Source: a bacterium HR37 (GTDB lineage: Bacteria > Desulfobacterota_D > UBA1144 > Nemesobacterales > CSP1-2). Taken from it: a stretch of 64,000 bases of DNA. Made by a program: the position numbers and the translations under genes. The stretch lies in contig BEIN01000012.1 in the NCBI GenBank assembly GCA_002898375.1, positions 3,922 through 67,921 on the forward strand, given 5' to 3'. The first letter of the stretch is position 1. Each line of letters begins with the position of its first letter. Below the pieces are notes generated by a model. The model ran no database searches, was not told the origin of the DNA, and was given only the letters and a program-made list of their open reading frames with translations. Positions 1 to 10,626 of this stretch are shown piece by piece.

Positions 1-1
1 C

Positions 2-616
2 CCCATCGAATACGTTTTCAAGCACAAAAACTGTATAGTTAATCAAAGAGAGGTTGGATCTGATACAAAAAGTTTTGCAAACGCATTAAGAAGTGTTTTA
101 CGTGAGGACCCTGATGTTATTCTGATTGGGGAGATGAGAGACCTTGAAACCATAAAGATAGCTCTTGTCCTTGCCGAAACCGGTCATCTAACCCTAGCTA
201 CCCTTCACACAAACACTGCTATTCAAACCATAAACCGTATAATAGATGTTTTCCCTCCACACGAGCAATCGCAGGTAAGGGCCCAGCTATCTTTTGTTCT
301 TGAGGGGATAATCTGTCAAACCCTTATTCCAAGGATAGGGGGTGGTAGAGTGCTTGCTGTTGAGGTTTTGGTTCCAAATCCTGCCATAAGGAACCTTATT
401 AGAGAGGATAAAATACACCAGATTTACTCTCAGCAGCAACTGGGGCAGGAAAAGTGGCAGATGCAAACGCTTAACCAGAGCCTTGCTGACCTGTATCTTA
501 AAAAGCTTATAACCTATGAGGATGCGATATCAAAGAGTCAGGAACCAGAGGAGCTAAAGAGGATGCTTGCTGTAGGTAATGCTGGCCAAGGTAAACCGGA
601 ACGCATGATTAGATAA
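2..616 (+). CDS. pilT: Type IV pilus retraction ATPase PilT (5' truncated by window edge)
   Basis: Frame open from base 2 (PIEYVFKHKNCIVNQREVG...LREDPDVILIGEMRD); His box TGHLTLATLHT; PilT signature AIRNLIRE; upstream of pilC. Confidence 0.95.
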   Translation, partial: PIEYVFKHKNCIVNQREVGSDTKSFANALRSVLREDPDVILIGEMRDLETIKIALVLAETGHLTLATLHTNTAIQTINRIIDVFPPHEQSQVRAQLSFVLEGIICQTLIPRIGGGRVLAVEVLVPNPAIRNLIREDKIHQIYSQQQLGQEKWQMQTLNQSLADLYLKKLITYEDAISKSQEPEELKRMLAVGNAGQGKPERMIR

Positions 617-646
617 GAGCAAAACAACTGGAGGTGATGGTAAAGG

Positions 647-1858
647 ATGCCTGTATTCGTATGGGAGGGAAAAGTAAAAGGTAAGGTTCAGAGGGGAGAG
701 ATGGTAGCCCCAAGCAAATCAGCTGTACTTGCTCGCCTAAGGCAGATGCAGATTCAACCTATCCCTGATAAGGTAAGGGAGAAGGGAAGGTTGAGTTTTA
801 GCTTCTCACTAGGTGGTGTTCCCTCAAAGGATTTGGTGGTCTTTACAAGACAGCTTTCGACAATGATTGATGCAGGTCTTCCTATAGTTCAGTCCCTTGA
901 GGTTCTTGCTTCTCAGCAAACCAATTCAAAATTTAAAAAGATACTTAATAACATAAAGGAAGAGGTAGAAGCTGGCTCAACCTTTGCAGATGCCCTTGCA
1001 AAACATAAAGATGTTTTTAACGTTCTCTATGTAAACCTTGTAAGAGCGGGTGAAACTGGTGGTTCTCTTGATGTTATCCTTCAAAGACTTTCAGTGTATT
1101 TGGAGAAAATAGAGGGTATAAAAAGAAAGATCAAAGGGGCCATGGTGTATCCTTCAATTGTTATAAGTGTGGCAATAATAGTTCTTGCTATAGTTCTTAT
1201 ATTCGTTGTTCCAACTTTTGCAGAGCTTTTTAAGGATTTAGGAACAACCCTGCCCTCTCTTACCCAGCTTGTTATAAGCATAAGTGACTTCTTCAAAAAC
1301 AACATTATATACATTCTGAGTTCCCTTGTTTTGCTCTCCATACTGCTAAGTCTTCTGTACGGTAAAACCGAGAAAGGAAGGAAGATTATAGATGGTTTTC
1401 TTCTTAGACTGTGGCTGGTTGGTCCTCTCCTTCTTAAAACCACTACTGCAAGGTTCTGTAGAACCCTTGCTACACTTACCTCGGGTGGCATACCAATACT
1501 TGAGGGTCTTGAGATTACGGCAAGAGCCTCTGGCAATAAGGTTGTGGAGGAGGCTATTTTGGAGGCAAGAAGTGTTGTAAGCGAGGGGCAAACCCTTGCA
1601 GATTCGCTTTCTGCCAGACCAAGGATCTTCCCGCCTATGGTGATTCAGATGATACAGGTAGGGGAGCAAACCGGAGCTTTAGATGACATGCTTAATAAGA
1701 TTGCTGATTTCTACGAGGAAGAGGTAGATGCTGCCGTTGCTGCACTTATGTCTGCTCTTGAACCTGTAATGATTGCTTTTCTTGGGGCCACTGTAGGGGT
1801 AATAGTGGTTTCTATGTATCTGCCAATGTTTAAGCTTATATCTACCCTTGCTGGTTAG
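647..1858 (+). CDS. pilC: Type IV pilus platform protein PilC (GspF family)
   Basis: FTRQLSTMIDAGLP, RAGETGGSLD and QVGEQTGALDDML motifs; GGAGG SD. Confidence 0.95.
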   Translation: MPVFVWEGKVKGKVQRGEMVAPSKSAVLARLRQMQIQPIPDKVREKGRLSFSFSLGGVPSKDLVVFTRQLSTMIDAGLPIVQSLEVLASQQTNSKFKKILNNIKEEVEAGSTFADALAKHKDVFNVLYVNLVRAGETGGSLDVILQRLSVYLEKIEGIKRKIKGAMVYPSIVISVAIIVLAIVLIFVVPTFAELFKDLGTTLPSLTQLVISISDFFKNNIIYILSSLVLLSILLSLLYGKTEKGRKIIDGFLLRLWLVGPLLLKTTTARFCRTLATLTSGGIPILEGLEITARASGNKVVEEAILEARSVVSEGQTLADSLSARPRIFPPMVIQMIQVGEQTGALDDMLNKIADFYEEEVDAAVAALMSALEPVMIAFLGATVGVIVVSMYLPMFKLISTLAG

Positions 1859-1877
1859 GAGGGATGGCTTAGATTGT

Positions 1878-3518
1878 ATGAAAAAAAATTCCGAAATAGA
1901 GTTAAAAACCTGTGTAATCTTAAGGGTGGTAGTAGCCACAGTACTTCTGGGTTTTGGTGTTTTAGTCTATCTGGATAATGGGTTAAAAAAAGAGGGGTTT
2001 TTTCTGGCCTTAGTGGTCTCACTTGTTTACTTTTTTAATCTCTCCTATATGCTTCTGCAGTCTCTTTTTGAAAGATACCCTGTGGCCTCTAAGATAGTTC
2101 AGTTAGCAGTTGATCTAATACTTATTTCGTGTGTTGTAGTTGTAACGGGTGGAAAATCAAGCCCATTTGTCTTTCTTTACGCCCTTTTAATAATCTTTGC
2201 TGGCATGACACTTACAAGAACGGCAAGCTTTCTTACAGCTGCCATTTCAGGGGTGTTTTATTTCCTTGTTGTGCTCTATCAGTCTATTCCCGGTCTTGAG
2301 GAAAATTTTCTGTACATATCATCTTCTCATACCCATATATGGGAAGAAAGGCAGATGGCTTATACTTACTTTAATCTTATAGGTTTTATCTTGGTGGCTA
2401 TGCTTAGCGGTTACCTATCCGAAAGGGTACGTACAACCCGAAGGGAACTCGGTGAGAGTAGGGAGAGACTAAGTCTTTTAAAGAATCTCCATGAAAATAT
2501 ACTTCAGAGCCTAGAAAGCGGGGTTATAACCCTTGATCTGGATGGAAGGATTATATCGGTAAACAGAACTGCCCTAAAAATACTTGGAATCCAGAGTGAG
2601 GACTATGTGCTTGGTAAGGATATATCGTCCTGTTTTATAGGGATAACAAATGTAGAGGAGCTTATCTCTAGAAAAAGGGAAGAGTTCTTCTATATAACCC
2701 CTAAGGGTAAGGGGATTGTCCTTGGTTTTTCCTGTTCCATTTTGAAGGATTCTCAGGATAATAAAATCGGTTACATTGTAATCTTTCAGGATCTTACCGA
2801 TATAAGGGAAATGGAGCAACGTCTTAGAGATTCTGAGAAGATGGCACTTTTAGGACAAATTGCAGCTGGTTTGGCTCATGAGATAAGGAATCCGCTCTCT
2901 GCGATAGGTGGGTCAATAGAGATATTGGGTCAGGAGGTTAAACCCTCGGAGGAGAATCTCCGCTTGCTTGGTATTGTGAACAGAGAAATTGAAAGGCTAA
3001 ACCTTCTTGTTGAGGACTTTCTTTTCCTTGCAAAACCCTTCGGTGGAGAGAAGAGTCTTGTTGACCTGGCTCTTATAATAGATGAGACTGTAAGTTCTTA
3101 TCTAAGAATAAAGGGTAGGAGTGAGGTTGAGATAACCGTAAACACAGAGAGGAATCTTCTGGTTAGAGCCGATTCTTATAGGTTAAAGCAGGTTTTTTGG
3201 AATCTTTTGGTTAATGCTGGAGAAGCAATGCAGAATGGAGGAAGGATACTAATTGAATCTGTGTCCGATGATAGCAGTGTTGTCATAAGGGTTTCAGACA
3301 GTGGATGCGGGATAGACAGTGAAGTTATTCCCAGAATATTTGAACCTTTCTTCTCAACTAAATCTATTGGAACTGGCCTTGGTCTTACAATTGTAAAAAA
3401 AATCATTGAGGGTTATAATGGTAAGATAGAGGTTACAAGTGCAAAAGGAAAGGGAACAACTTTTACCATGACTCTGCCGAGGGCAAAAAGGGTTATAGAA
3501 GGACTTAAAAACCACTAA
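1878..3518 (+). CDS. pilS: Membrane sensor histidine kinase PilS (multi-TM, PAS, HisKA, HATPase)
   Basis: H-box LAHEIRNPL, N-box QVFWNLLVNA, G-boxes DSGCG and GTGLGL; ATG 1878 preferred over TTG 1848; pilC-pilS-pilR order. Confidence 0.88.
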   Translation: MKKNSEIELKTCVILRVVVATVLLGFGVLVYLDNGLKKEGFFLALVVSLVYFFNLSYMLLQSLFERYPVASKIVQLAVDLILISCVVVVTGGKSSPFVFLYALLIIFAGMTLTRTASFLTAAISGVFYFLVVLYQSIPGLEENFLYISSSHTHIWEERQMAYTYFNLIGFILVAMLSGYLSERVRTTRRELGESRERLSLLKNLHENILQSLESGVITLDLDGRIISVNRTALKILGIQSEDYVLGKDISSCFIGITNVEELISRKREEFFYITPKGKGIVLGFSCSILKDSQDNKIGYIVIFQDLTDIREMEQRLRDSEKMALLGQIAAGLAHEIRNPLSAIGGSIEILGQEVKPSEENLRLLGIVNREIERLNLLVEDFLFLAKPFGGEKSLVDLALIIDETVSSYLRIKGRSEVEITVNTERNLLVRADSYRLKQVFWNLLVNAGEAMQNGGRILIESVSDDSSVVIRVSDSGCGIDSEVIPRIFEPFFSTKSIGTGLGLTIVKKIIEGYNGKIEVTSAKGKGTTFTMTLPRAKRVIEGLKNH

Positions 3519-3536
3519 TTGAAAATGAGGTGTCTT

Positions 3537-4958
3537 ATGGGGCAAGAAAAGAACACGGTACTTGTGGTAGATGATGAACCCGGGATGAGAGAGTTCTTAG
3601 AGATTATGCTTAAGAGAGATGGTTATATAGTGGATACCGCACCTGATGGTGCAAGGGCCCTGGATAAGATAGAAAGCACGCTGTTTGACCTTGCCATTGT
3701 TGATATACAAATGCCAGTTATGAACGGAATCGAACTCCTAAGGAGGATAAATGAGAAAAGCCCCGAGACTACCGTAATAATGATAACTGCATATGCTTCC
3801 CATGAAACCGCTATAGAGGCTATGAAACTGGGAGCTTACGATTACATAACAAAGCCGTTTAAGATAGATGAGATAAAGCTTGTTATAAAGAAGGCTATAG
3901 AGAAAAAGAAGCTTGAGCGTGAGAACAAAAGGCTTAGAAAGGAACTTGAGACGAAATACGGGTTTGGAAACATAATCGGAAGGAGTCCTTCTATAATCAA
4001 GGTCTTTGACCTGATAAAAAGGGTGGCCGACCTTAATGTAAATGTTCTCATCACCGGGGAGAGTGGAACGGGAAAGGAACTTGTAGCACGTGCGATACAC
4101 TACAGCGGTATAAGGCGTGGGGGACCTTTTGTCCCCGTTAACTGTGGGGCTATTCCGGAGTCACTTATTGAAAGTGAGCTTTTTGGTTACAAAAGGGGTG
4201 CTTTTACCGGTGCTTTAAGGGATAAAAAGGGCTTATTTGAGGAGGCCGATGGCGGAACCATATTTCTCGATGAAATTGCAGATTTGCCCTTACATCTTCA
4301 GGTGAGACTTCTAAGGGTTATTGAGGAAAAATCTATTCGCCCTTTGGGCAGTACGGAGACAATTCCAATAGATATTAGGGTAATAGCTGCTACAAATAAG
4401 AATCTGGAGGAAGAGATAGAAAAAGGAAGGTTTAGAGAGGATCTTTACTACAGGCTAAATGTTATAAAGATAGAGCTCCCTCCACTTAGGGAGAGAAAGG
4501 AGGATATAGCTCCCCTTGCCATTCATTTTATCAGCAAATACTCACGGGAGATGGGAAAGGATATTCGTGGAATATCTCCCAAGGCACTGGAGACCCTGGA
4601 AGGCTACCACTACCCGGGTAACGTAAGGGAGCTTGAAAACATAATAGCAAGGTCTGTTGCTCTGGAAACCTCAAATGTTATTCGTCAAGAGACCTTGCCC
4701 CAACTCGTGGGTAGTAAGGATTTTATTGATCTCGGTGCTGACCTCTCATCAGGTACCAATCTGGATGCAGTTCTTGAAAACGTTGAAAGAAGGTTTATAG
4801 AAAAGGCCCTTAAGTCGACTGGGGGAAATAAAACCGAGGCTGCAAAACTGCTTGGAATAACCCTTCGTTCGCTAAGGTACAGACTGGCAAAACTTGGGCT
4901 CTATGATGAGAGCATAGAAGAGAGTGAGTCGGTTGAGGGAGAAGAGGTTGTAAACTGA
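3537..4958 (+). CDS. pilR: Sigma-54-dependent response regulator PilR (NtrC family)
   Basis: Receiver VVDDE; Walker A GESGTGKE; GAFTGA; C-terminal Fis HTH; ATG 3537 follows GAGGTG. Confidence 0.88.
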   Translation: MGQEKNTVLVVDDEPGMREFLEIMLKRDGYIVDTAPDGARALDKIESTLFDLAIVDIQMPVMNGIELLRRINEKSPETTVIMITAYASHETAIEAMKLGAYDYITKPFKIDEIKLVIKKAIEKKKLERENKRLRKELETKYGFGNIIGRSPSIIKVFDLIKRVADLNVNVLITGESGTGKELVARAIHYSGIRRGGPFVPVNCGAIPESLIESELFGYKRGAFTGALRDKKGLFEEADGGTIFLDEIADLPLHLQVRLLRVIEEKSIRPLGSTETIPIDIRVIAATNKNLEEEIEKGRFREDLYYRLNVIKIELPPLRERKEDIAPLAIHFISKYSREMGKDIRGISPKALETLEGYHYPGNVRELENIIARSVALETSNVIRQETLPQLVGSKDFIDLGADLSSGTNLDAVLENVERRFIEKALKSTGGNKTEAAKLLGITLRSLRYRLAKLGLYDESIEESESVEGEEVVN

Positions 4959-5024
4959 TTTTAATAAGAAAAAGTATCCTCCTCTCGTTCTAAAAGCGGT
5001 CTTTGTTTCATATAAACCTAAAGT

Positions 5025-5501
5025 TTACATTTTGTACTTTCCAAAGTCACCAGGTGGAATCTTTTCAAGTAGCTCTGTAAGCTTTTCTTTTTCCTCCCCG
5101 CTTTCTAGCTTTCTTGATTTCTCAAGCACTTCCTCTTTTACATAGATTGGAGAACCTGTTCTAAGAGCTATGGCTATTGCATCACTTGGTCTTGAATCTA
5201 TAACGTATTCTTCATCTCCTCTTTTCAGGTATATCTCCGCGTAAAAAGTATCATCCCGTAAATCCGTAACCTCAACCTTCGTTACCGAGAACTTAAGGCA
5301 ATCCAGAACGTTTTTCATAAGGTCATGTGTAAGGGGACGTCCTCTCGGTGTTTTCTCCAACTCCATGGCTATCGAACTTGCTTCCATAAAGCCTATCCAG
5401 ATTGGAAGTATCTTCTCACCGGTAACATCTTTTAGAATAACGATAGGGGTGTTTGTAAACGGGTCCAATGCTATTCCTGATACCTTCATTTCTCGAACCA
5501 T
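5025..5501 (-). CDS. Bifunctional nuclease family protein (DUF151)
   Basis: LPIWIG, RPLTHDL and DSRPSDAIAIALR motifs. Confidence 0.9.
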   Translation of the reverse strand: MVREMKVSGIALDPFTNTPIVILKDVTGEKILPIWIGFMEASSIAMELEKTPRGRPLTHDLMKNVLDCLKFSVTKVEVTDLRDDTFYAEIYLKRGDEEYVIDSRPSDAIAIALRTGSPIYVKEEVLEKSRKLESGEEKEKLTELLEKIPPGDFGKYKM

Positions 5502-5520
5502 GGTTCACCTCCATTCTTTA

Positions 5521-6819
5521 TTAGTATAACTCACCACGAAGGGAGTTTTGAAACCCTTCTGTGATCCTTACCTTTACTATCTTCCCTATAAGCTCCTGTG
5601 GGCCAGGGAAGTTTACGATTCTGTTATGTGGTGTTCGTCCGGAGAGAAAGCTGTTGTTGTGTTTGCTTCTGCCCTCAACAAGAACCTCTTCTATCAGACC
5701 AACCCTGCTCATGTTTTTCTCCAGTGTTATCTTCCTTTGAAACTCCTGCAGTTCCTTAAGTCTCCTGCTTGCGGTGTTGTCGTCTACTCTGTCTGGGAAA
5801 TCAGCTGCAGGTGTACCTGGGCGGGGTGAGAACTTAAAGGAAAATGCGCTATCAAACTTTACCTCTTCAAGAAGTTTCATGGTGTCATGGAAGTCCTCTT
5901 CAGTTTCACCCGGAAAACCCACGATTATGTCTGTAGATATAGCTATATCAGGTATTGCATCCCTTAGTCTGTTTACCGTTTCTATGTACCATTCTCTTGT
6001 ATACGTTCTTTTCATTCTCGCCAAAACCCTGTTTGACCCTGATTGAACTGGAAGGTGTATATGATGACATACTTTCGAAACCTCTCTCATTGCATCTATC
6101 ATTTTTCTTGTTACATCTCTTGGATAAGATGTTGTAAAACGAATCCTTAAGAGCCCTTCTATCTCGGCTACAATTCTTAGCAGGTCACCGAATCTGTATC
6201 GGTCTGTCTTCCAGGAGTTTACGGTTTGGCCTATAAAGGTTACCTCCTTTACGCCTTTTTGTACGAGTTTTCTTGTCTCTTGCAGTATGTCCTCTAGCGG
6301 TCTGTTAATCTCCTTTCCCCTTACGTGAGGGACTATACAGTAGGTGCACATCTTGTTACAACCCTGCTGTATGGATACAAAGGCTGTAACCTTTCCTTCC
6401 TCATGGTATGGTTCGATCTCAAAAACTTCCTCTACATCAAAAGAGGTTTCAATTTTTTTCCTTTGGTCTGATTGTATCTCTGTAATAAGTTTGGGCAGTT
6501 TTGGAATAGACCTTGGGCCTATAACAAGGTCTACATGTGGCATCTTCTCAATGATTTTATCCCCGTATAGCTGGGCTACGCATCCTGCAACACCTATTAT
6601 CACATCTGGTCTTTTTGCCTTTAAGTGTTTGAATCTACCTAGACTGCTAAAGGCCTTCTGATCAGCCTTTTCTCTTATTGCACACGTATTTACTATGATG
6701 ACATCTGCATCGGCAGGATCATCTGTAAGCTCAAAGCTCAGAGCATTTCGTATGCGGTCTGAGTCATACTCATTCATCTGACAGCCGTAGGTTTCTATAT
6801 ATAGCTTTCTTCCATTCAT
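5521..6819 (-). CDS. miaB: tRNA methylthiotransferase MiaB
   Basis: TYGCQMNEYDS, NTCAIRE, radical SAM CNKMCTYC, C-terminal TRAM domain. Confidence 0.95.
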   Translation of the reverse strand: MNGRKLYIETYGCQMNEYDSDRIRNALSFELTDDPADADVIIVNTCAIREKADQKAFSSLGRFKHLKAKRPDVIIGVAGCVAQLYGDKIIEKMPHVDLVIGPRSIPKLPKLITEIQSDQRKKIETSFDVEEVFEIEPYHEEGKVTAFVSIQQGCNKMCTYCIVPHVRGKEINRPLEDILQETRKLVQKGVKEVTFIGQTVNSWKTDRYRFGDLLRIVAEIEGLLRIRFTTSYPRDVTRKMIDAMREVSKVCHHIHLPVQSGSNRVLARMKRTYTREWYIETVNRLRDAIPDIAISTDIIVGFPGETEEDFHDTMKLLEEVKFDSAFSFKFSPRPGTPAADFPDRVDDNTASRRLKELQEFQRKITLEKNMSRVGLIEEVLVEGRSKHNNSFLSGRTPHNRIVNFPGPQELIGKIVKVRITEGFQNSLRGELY

Positions 6820-6992
6820 ATATTATAGAATGTAACGCTTTAGGAATACCAAGTCAAGCAAATAAGGGATGTTTGAAAGTTGGTTGTAAGTGCATAATAA
6901 TTAGTAAAAATTGGATTGACACGTTTGAGGAAATTTAGTAGGCTAGAGCCTAGTATCAATTACCGAGGAAAAAAGCTAGAGGAGCCAACCTG

Positions 6993-8378
6993 ATGAGTAA
7001 CGAAACTACAGAAGTTTCAGCAGGTAGGGAAGGCATATTTAGCTGGTATAAGGATATAAGCAGAAAGCAATGGCTTGCTTTTATTGCTGCTTTTCTTGGA
7101 TGGACACTTGATGCTATGGACCTTCTTCTTTATGTCTATGCACTCCCTAAGATTCGTGATACTTGGAATCTTACTGACAAGGAGGCTGCTTGGCTCTTTG
7201 GGGTTACTCTTTTTTCATCTGCTCTGGGTGGAGCCCTTTTTGGCATAATAACTGATTATATTGGAAGGATAAGAGCTCTTACCTATTCAATTCTTATGTA
7301 CTCGATATTTACAGGGCTTAGTGCTTTTGCTCCAAACGTGGAGTTTTTCCTTGTGTGCCGCTTTTTCTTGGGCCTTGGTATGGGAGGGGAATGGGCTTCT
7401 GGTGAGATCCTTGTAGCTGAAAGTTGGCCAAGACAGCATAGGGGAAAGGTTGTGGGTATGGTACAGAGCGGCTGGGGTATAGGGTATATACTTGCGGCTA
7501 CGCTTGCAATTATTATCCTACCACATGCTGATTTTGAGCTTTCTCTCCCTTACTTTGGGGACGTTTTTATTCACAGCTGGAGGGTTCTTTTCCTTGTGGG
7601 TATTCTTCCTGCCTTCCTTGTTTTCTTTATAAGAAGACACTGTGAGGAACCTGAGATCTGGAAGACAACTGCAGAGCTTAGAAAGCAGGGAAAACTGAGT
7701 GAGAAGGCTAGGACTTTTACATTTGTTCAACTCTGGAAGAAAGACCTTATCGGTTATACGATTAGAGCCACACTTCTTACGAGTTTTTGTATGATTGCTT
7801 ACTGGGGTCTTAACACATGGATTCCCACCTATCTTGCAAGCCCTGTTGAGAAAGGAGGGGCAGGTCTTGGTCTTATAAAGGGTTATGCGTGGACCATTTT
7901 TATAAACCTAGGGGCCTTTATAGGTTGCAACACATTCGGAGCCATAAGTGACAGGCTTGGTAGAAGACCTACCTTTGTAGGATACCTTCTTATAATGGCG
8001 ATTCTGGTTCCAATCTTTGGGGCTATAACCGAGGTGCAGAGGTTTATAGGGTTTTTGAGTGTAGAGACCCTATTGCTTATATTGGGACCGCTCCTTGGTT
8101 TTTTTGGTACCGGCTTTTACTCGGGTTTTGGTGCTTTGATGGCAGAGGTTTTCCCTACAAGGGCACGTGGTACTGCTCAGGGATTTTGCTATAATTTTGG
8201 AAGGGGTGCTTCGGCTCTTGCCCCTTATATATTTGCTGTTGTGGCAAGTATGCGGATACTGGGACACGATGTGGGATATGGCCTTTCCCTTATAACGGCA
8301 TCTGTGTTTGCTGTTCTTGCGGCTATAACAGTTCTTACCTTCCCTGAAACAAAGGGAAAACAGCTTGAGATTGAGTAA
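6993..8378 (+). CDS. MFS transporter
   Basis: About 12 TM segments; DYIGR and DRLGRR loop motifs; EVFPTRARG; FPETKG; TTGACA-17-TAGGCT promoter at 6916-6944. Confidence 0.92.
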   Translation: MSNETTEVSAGREGIFSWYKDISRKQWLAFIAAFLGWTLDAMDLLLYVYALPKIRDTWNLTDKEAAWLFGVTLFSSALGGALFGIITDYIGRIRALTYSILMYSIFTGLSAFAPNVEFFLVCRFFLGLGMGGEWASGEILVAESWPRQHRGKVVGMVQSGWGIGYILAATLAIIILPHADFELSLPYFGDVFIHSWRVLFLVGILPAFLVFFIRRHCEEPEIWKTTAELRKQGKLSEKARTFTFVQLWKKDLIGYTIRATLLTSFCMIAYWGLNTWIPTYLASPVEKGGAGLGLIKGYAWTIFINLGAFIGCNTFGAISDRLGRRPTFVGYLLIMAILVPIFGAITEVQRFIGFLSVETLLLILGPLLGFFGTGFYSGFGALMAEVFPTRARGTAQGFCYNFGRGASALAPYIFAVVASMRILGHDVGYGLSLITASVFAVLAAITVLTFPETKGKQLEIE

Positions 8379-8416
8379 GTTGGTATAGATTTAGCAGAGT
8401 TAGTATATACGTTTTT

Positions 8417-8809
8417 ATGAGAGGACAAAGATACAGCAGGTACTTTACCGTTGAAGAAGCAAATGCTCTTATTCCTGAGCTGACCATGTTGATTGAGCGT
8501 ATAAGACTCATTAAATCAGAGGTTACCTCTAACATTGCAGAGCTAGAAGCTATTGTTAATAAGGCCCGGGCAAATGGAGGATACGGCAAGGGAACTACTT
8601 ATCTATCAAAGATAACCAGGTTTTATGATTATTTGAATCGAATAGAGGAGATGGGTTGCCTCCTAAGAGACATAGATCTGGGCATAGTTGATTTTCCATC
8701 TATTCATGATGGCAAAGAGGTGTATCTGTGTTGGAAGTTGGGGGAGGAAAGTGTCGGTTTCTGGCATGAGGTGGATGCTGGCTTTGCCGGAAGAAAACCA
8801 ATCCGCTAA
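8417..8809 (+). CDS. DUF2203 family protein
   Basis: FTVEEANALIP; DIDLGIVDFP; YLCWKLGE; WHEVDAGFAGRKP. Confidence 0.85.
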   Translation: MRGQRYSRYFTVEEANALIPELTMLIERIRLIKSEVTSNIAELEAIVNKARANGGYGKGTTYLSKITRFYDYLNRIEEMGCLLRDIDLGIVDFPSIHDGKEVYLCWKLGEESVGFWHEVDAGFAGRKPIR

Positions 8810-8859
8810 GTAAAAGTGTTTCTCTGTCCTTAGAGATATGCCCACTAATCATTCTTACA

Positions 8860-8876
8860 TGCCTATTTTTTAAGCA
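8860..8876 (+). promoter_or_regulatory. Putative NtrC-type enhancer site upstream of amt
   Basis: TGCCTATTTTTTAAGCA fits TGC-N11-GCA with an AT-rich centre, about 85 bp upstream of the sigma-54 promoter. Confidence 0.55.
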
Positions 8877-8959
8877 TTTGTCTTTTGGTTAGTTGGTGTA
8901 CTTTCCCCAAAAAACGCTTGAATATGTGTAACTTTGCATCTTAATCGTCTCCAGATGCT

Positions 8960-8976
8960 TTGGCACATATGTTGCA
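8960..8976 (+). promoter_or_regulatory. Sigma-54 (-24/-12) promoter of amt
   Basis: TTGGCACATATGTTGCA matches TGGCAC-N5-TTGC exactly. Confidence 0.85.
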
Positions 8977-9015
8977 AATACCCAAGAGGGTAAGTTTCCC
9001 TTAGGAGGTCAGAAT

Positions 9016-10542
9016 ATGAAAAGAAAAGTTTTAAGTACCCACAGGTTATGTAAGTCTCTTAACCTGATAAGTTACCTCTTTGTCGTTTTTCCCGTATTAC
9101 CAGTAAAGGTATTTGCTCAAGAATCCAGTATGGATGATATCCTGAAACAGATTTCAGATTTAAAGGTTACCGCTGATACAGTTTGGGTATTAGTTGCAGG
9201 CTTCTTGGTGTTTTTTATGCACCTTGGATTTGCTATGGTTGAATCTGGACTTTGCAGGGCCAAGAACACGGTAAACATACTTGCAAAAAACTTTATCGTG
9301 GTTGCAATTACGGCGCTTGCCTTCTGGATAGTTGGATGGGGACTTATGTTTGGAGATGGGAACGGCTTTATAGGTTACAAGGGGCTTTTTTTTCTTAGTG
9401 GACCTGACAATAGCCCTCAAACTGGGGAAGCTTACAGTGGGGTATATAGTGCAATAAGCTGGGCTGGGGTGCCGCTTTGGGCAAAGTTCTTTTTCCAGAT
9501 GGTGTTTGTGGCAGTGGGAGCAACTATTGTTTCAGGGGTAGTTGCGGAACGCATAAAGTTTGTTTCCTTTGTTATCTTTGCGTTCATTATCTCCGGGATT
9601 ATATATCCAATAACCGGTCACTGGGTATGGGGAGGTGGGTGGTTAGCTCAACTAGGTATGTGGGATTTTGCTGGCTCCACTGTTGTGCATTCAGTTGGTG
9701 GATGGGCAGCACTTGCAGGGGTTATTCTTCTGGGCCCTAGAATAGGTAAGTACAAAAAAGATGGAGGGGTTAATCCTATTCCAGGGCATAACATGATTGC
9801 TGCTACAATAGGGACTTTCATCCTGTGGTTCGGATGGTTTGGATTTAACCCGGGAAGTGTTATGGCAGCTTCTTGGAGTGATATAAGCAGGATAGCTGTA
9901 ACCACAAACAGTGCTGCTGCTGCTGCTACGGTTAGTGCTACAATACTTTCCTGGGTCGTTCTTAAAAAACCTGACCTGACTATGATACTTAATGGGTGTC
10001 TAAGCGGGCTTGTTGCAATTACCGCTCCCTGTGCCTTCGTTAGTGTGGGAAGTTCGGTTATTATAGGGCTTATTGCTGGGGTTCTTGCTGTGTTTGGTAT
10101 ACTGTTTTTCGATAAGGTTAGGATAGATGATCCGGTAGGTGCCTTAACTGTTCATCTGTTAAATGGTATATGGGGAACACTTGCTGTAGGGCTATTTGCC
10201 CAGGATGCTATAATGCCGGGAACAACAGGAGATGGACTCTTATTTGGAGGAGGAGTAAAGCTTTTATGGGCACAGTTTGTAGGTATAGTGGCGGTTGGAG
10301 CCTTTACTTTTGTCCTTTCTTTTATAGCATGGTTTATAATCAAATCCTTAATAGGACTCAGGGTATCTCCTGAGGAAGAGATTGAGGGGCTCGATATTGG
10401 TGAGCATGGAATCAGTGCTTATCCTGACTTTCAGCTGGCTGCAACTACCTTCTCTCCTGCTGGGTATCCCTTGATTCCCATGTCTAAGGAGAAAGCAGAG
10501 GCTATAAGCAAGGCATTTTTAAGTGAGAAGGAATCCCAGTGA
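9016..10542 (+). CDS. amtB: Ammonium transporter Amt
   Basis: GFAMVESG, WDFAGSTVVH, WFGWFGFN, IDDPVGALTVH (twin His); EEIEGLD. Confidence 0.95.
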   Translation: MKRKVLSTHRLCKSLNLISYLFVVFPVLPVKVFAQESSMDDILKQISDLKVTADTVWVLVAGFLVFFMHLGFAMVESGLCRAKNTVNILAKNFIVVAITALAFWIVGWGLMFGDGNGFIGYKGLFFLSGPDNSPQTGEAYSGVYSAISWAGVPLWAKFFFQMVFVAVGATIVSGVVAERIKFVSFVIFAFIISGIIYPITGHWVWGGGWLAQLGMWDFAGSTVVHSVGGWAALAGVILLGPRIGKYKKDGGVNPIPGHNMIAATIGTFILWFGWFGFNPGSVMAASWSDISRIAVTTNSAAAAATVSATILSWVVLKKPDLTMILNGCLSGLVAITAPCAFVSVGSSVIIGLIAGVLAVFGILFFDKVRIDDPVGALTVHLLNGIWGTLAVGLFAQDAIMPGTTGDGLLFGGGVKLLWAQFVGIVAVGAFTFVLSFIAWFIIKSLIGLRVSPEEEIEGLDIGEHGISAYPDFQLAATTFSPAGYPLIPMSKEKAEAISKAFLSEKESQ

Positions 10543-10565
10543 GCAAGTAAAAAGTGGGTTTTGGT

Positions 10566-10607
10566 AAACGGTATGCCCAAAAGAACGGGCATACCGTTTT
10601 TATTTTT
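10566..10607 (+). terminator. Rho-independent terminator after amt
   Basis: AAACGGTATGCCC / GGGCATACCGTTT 13-bp stem followed by a T-rich tail. Confidence 0.85.
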
Positions 10608-10626
10608 ACGACTTTCAGATTTAGGT

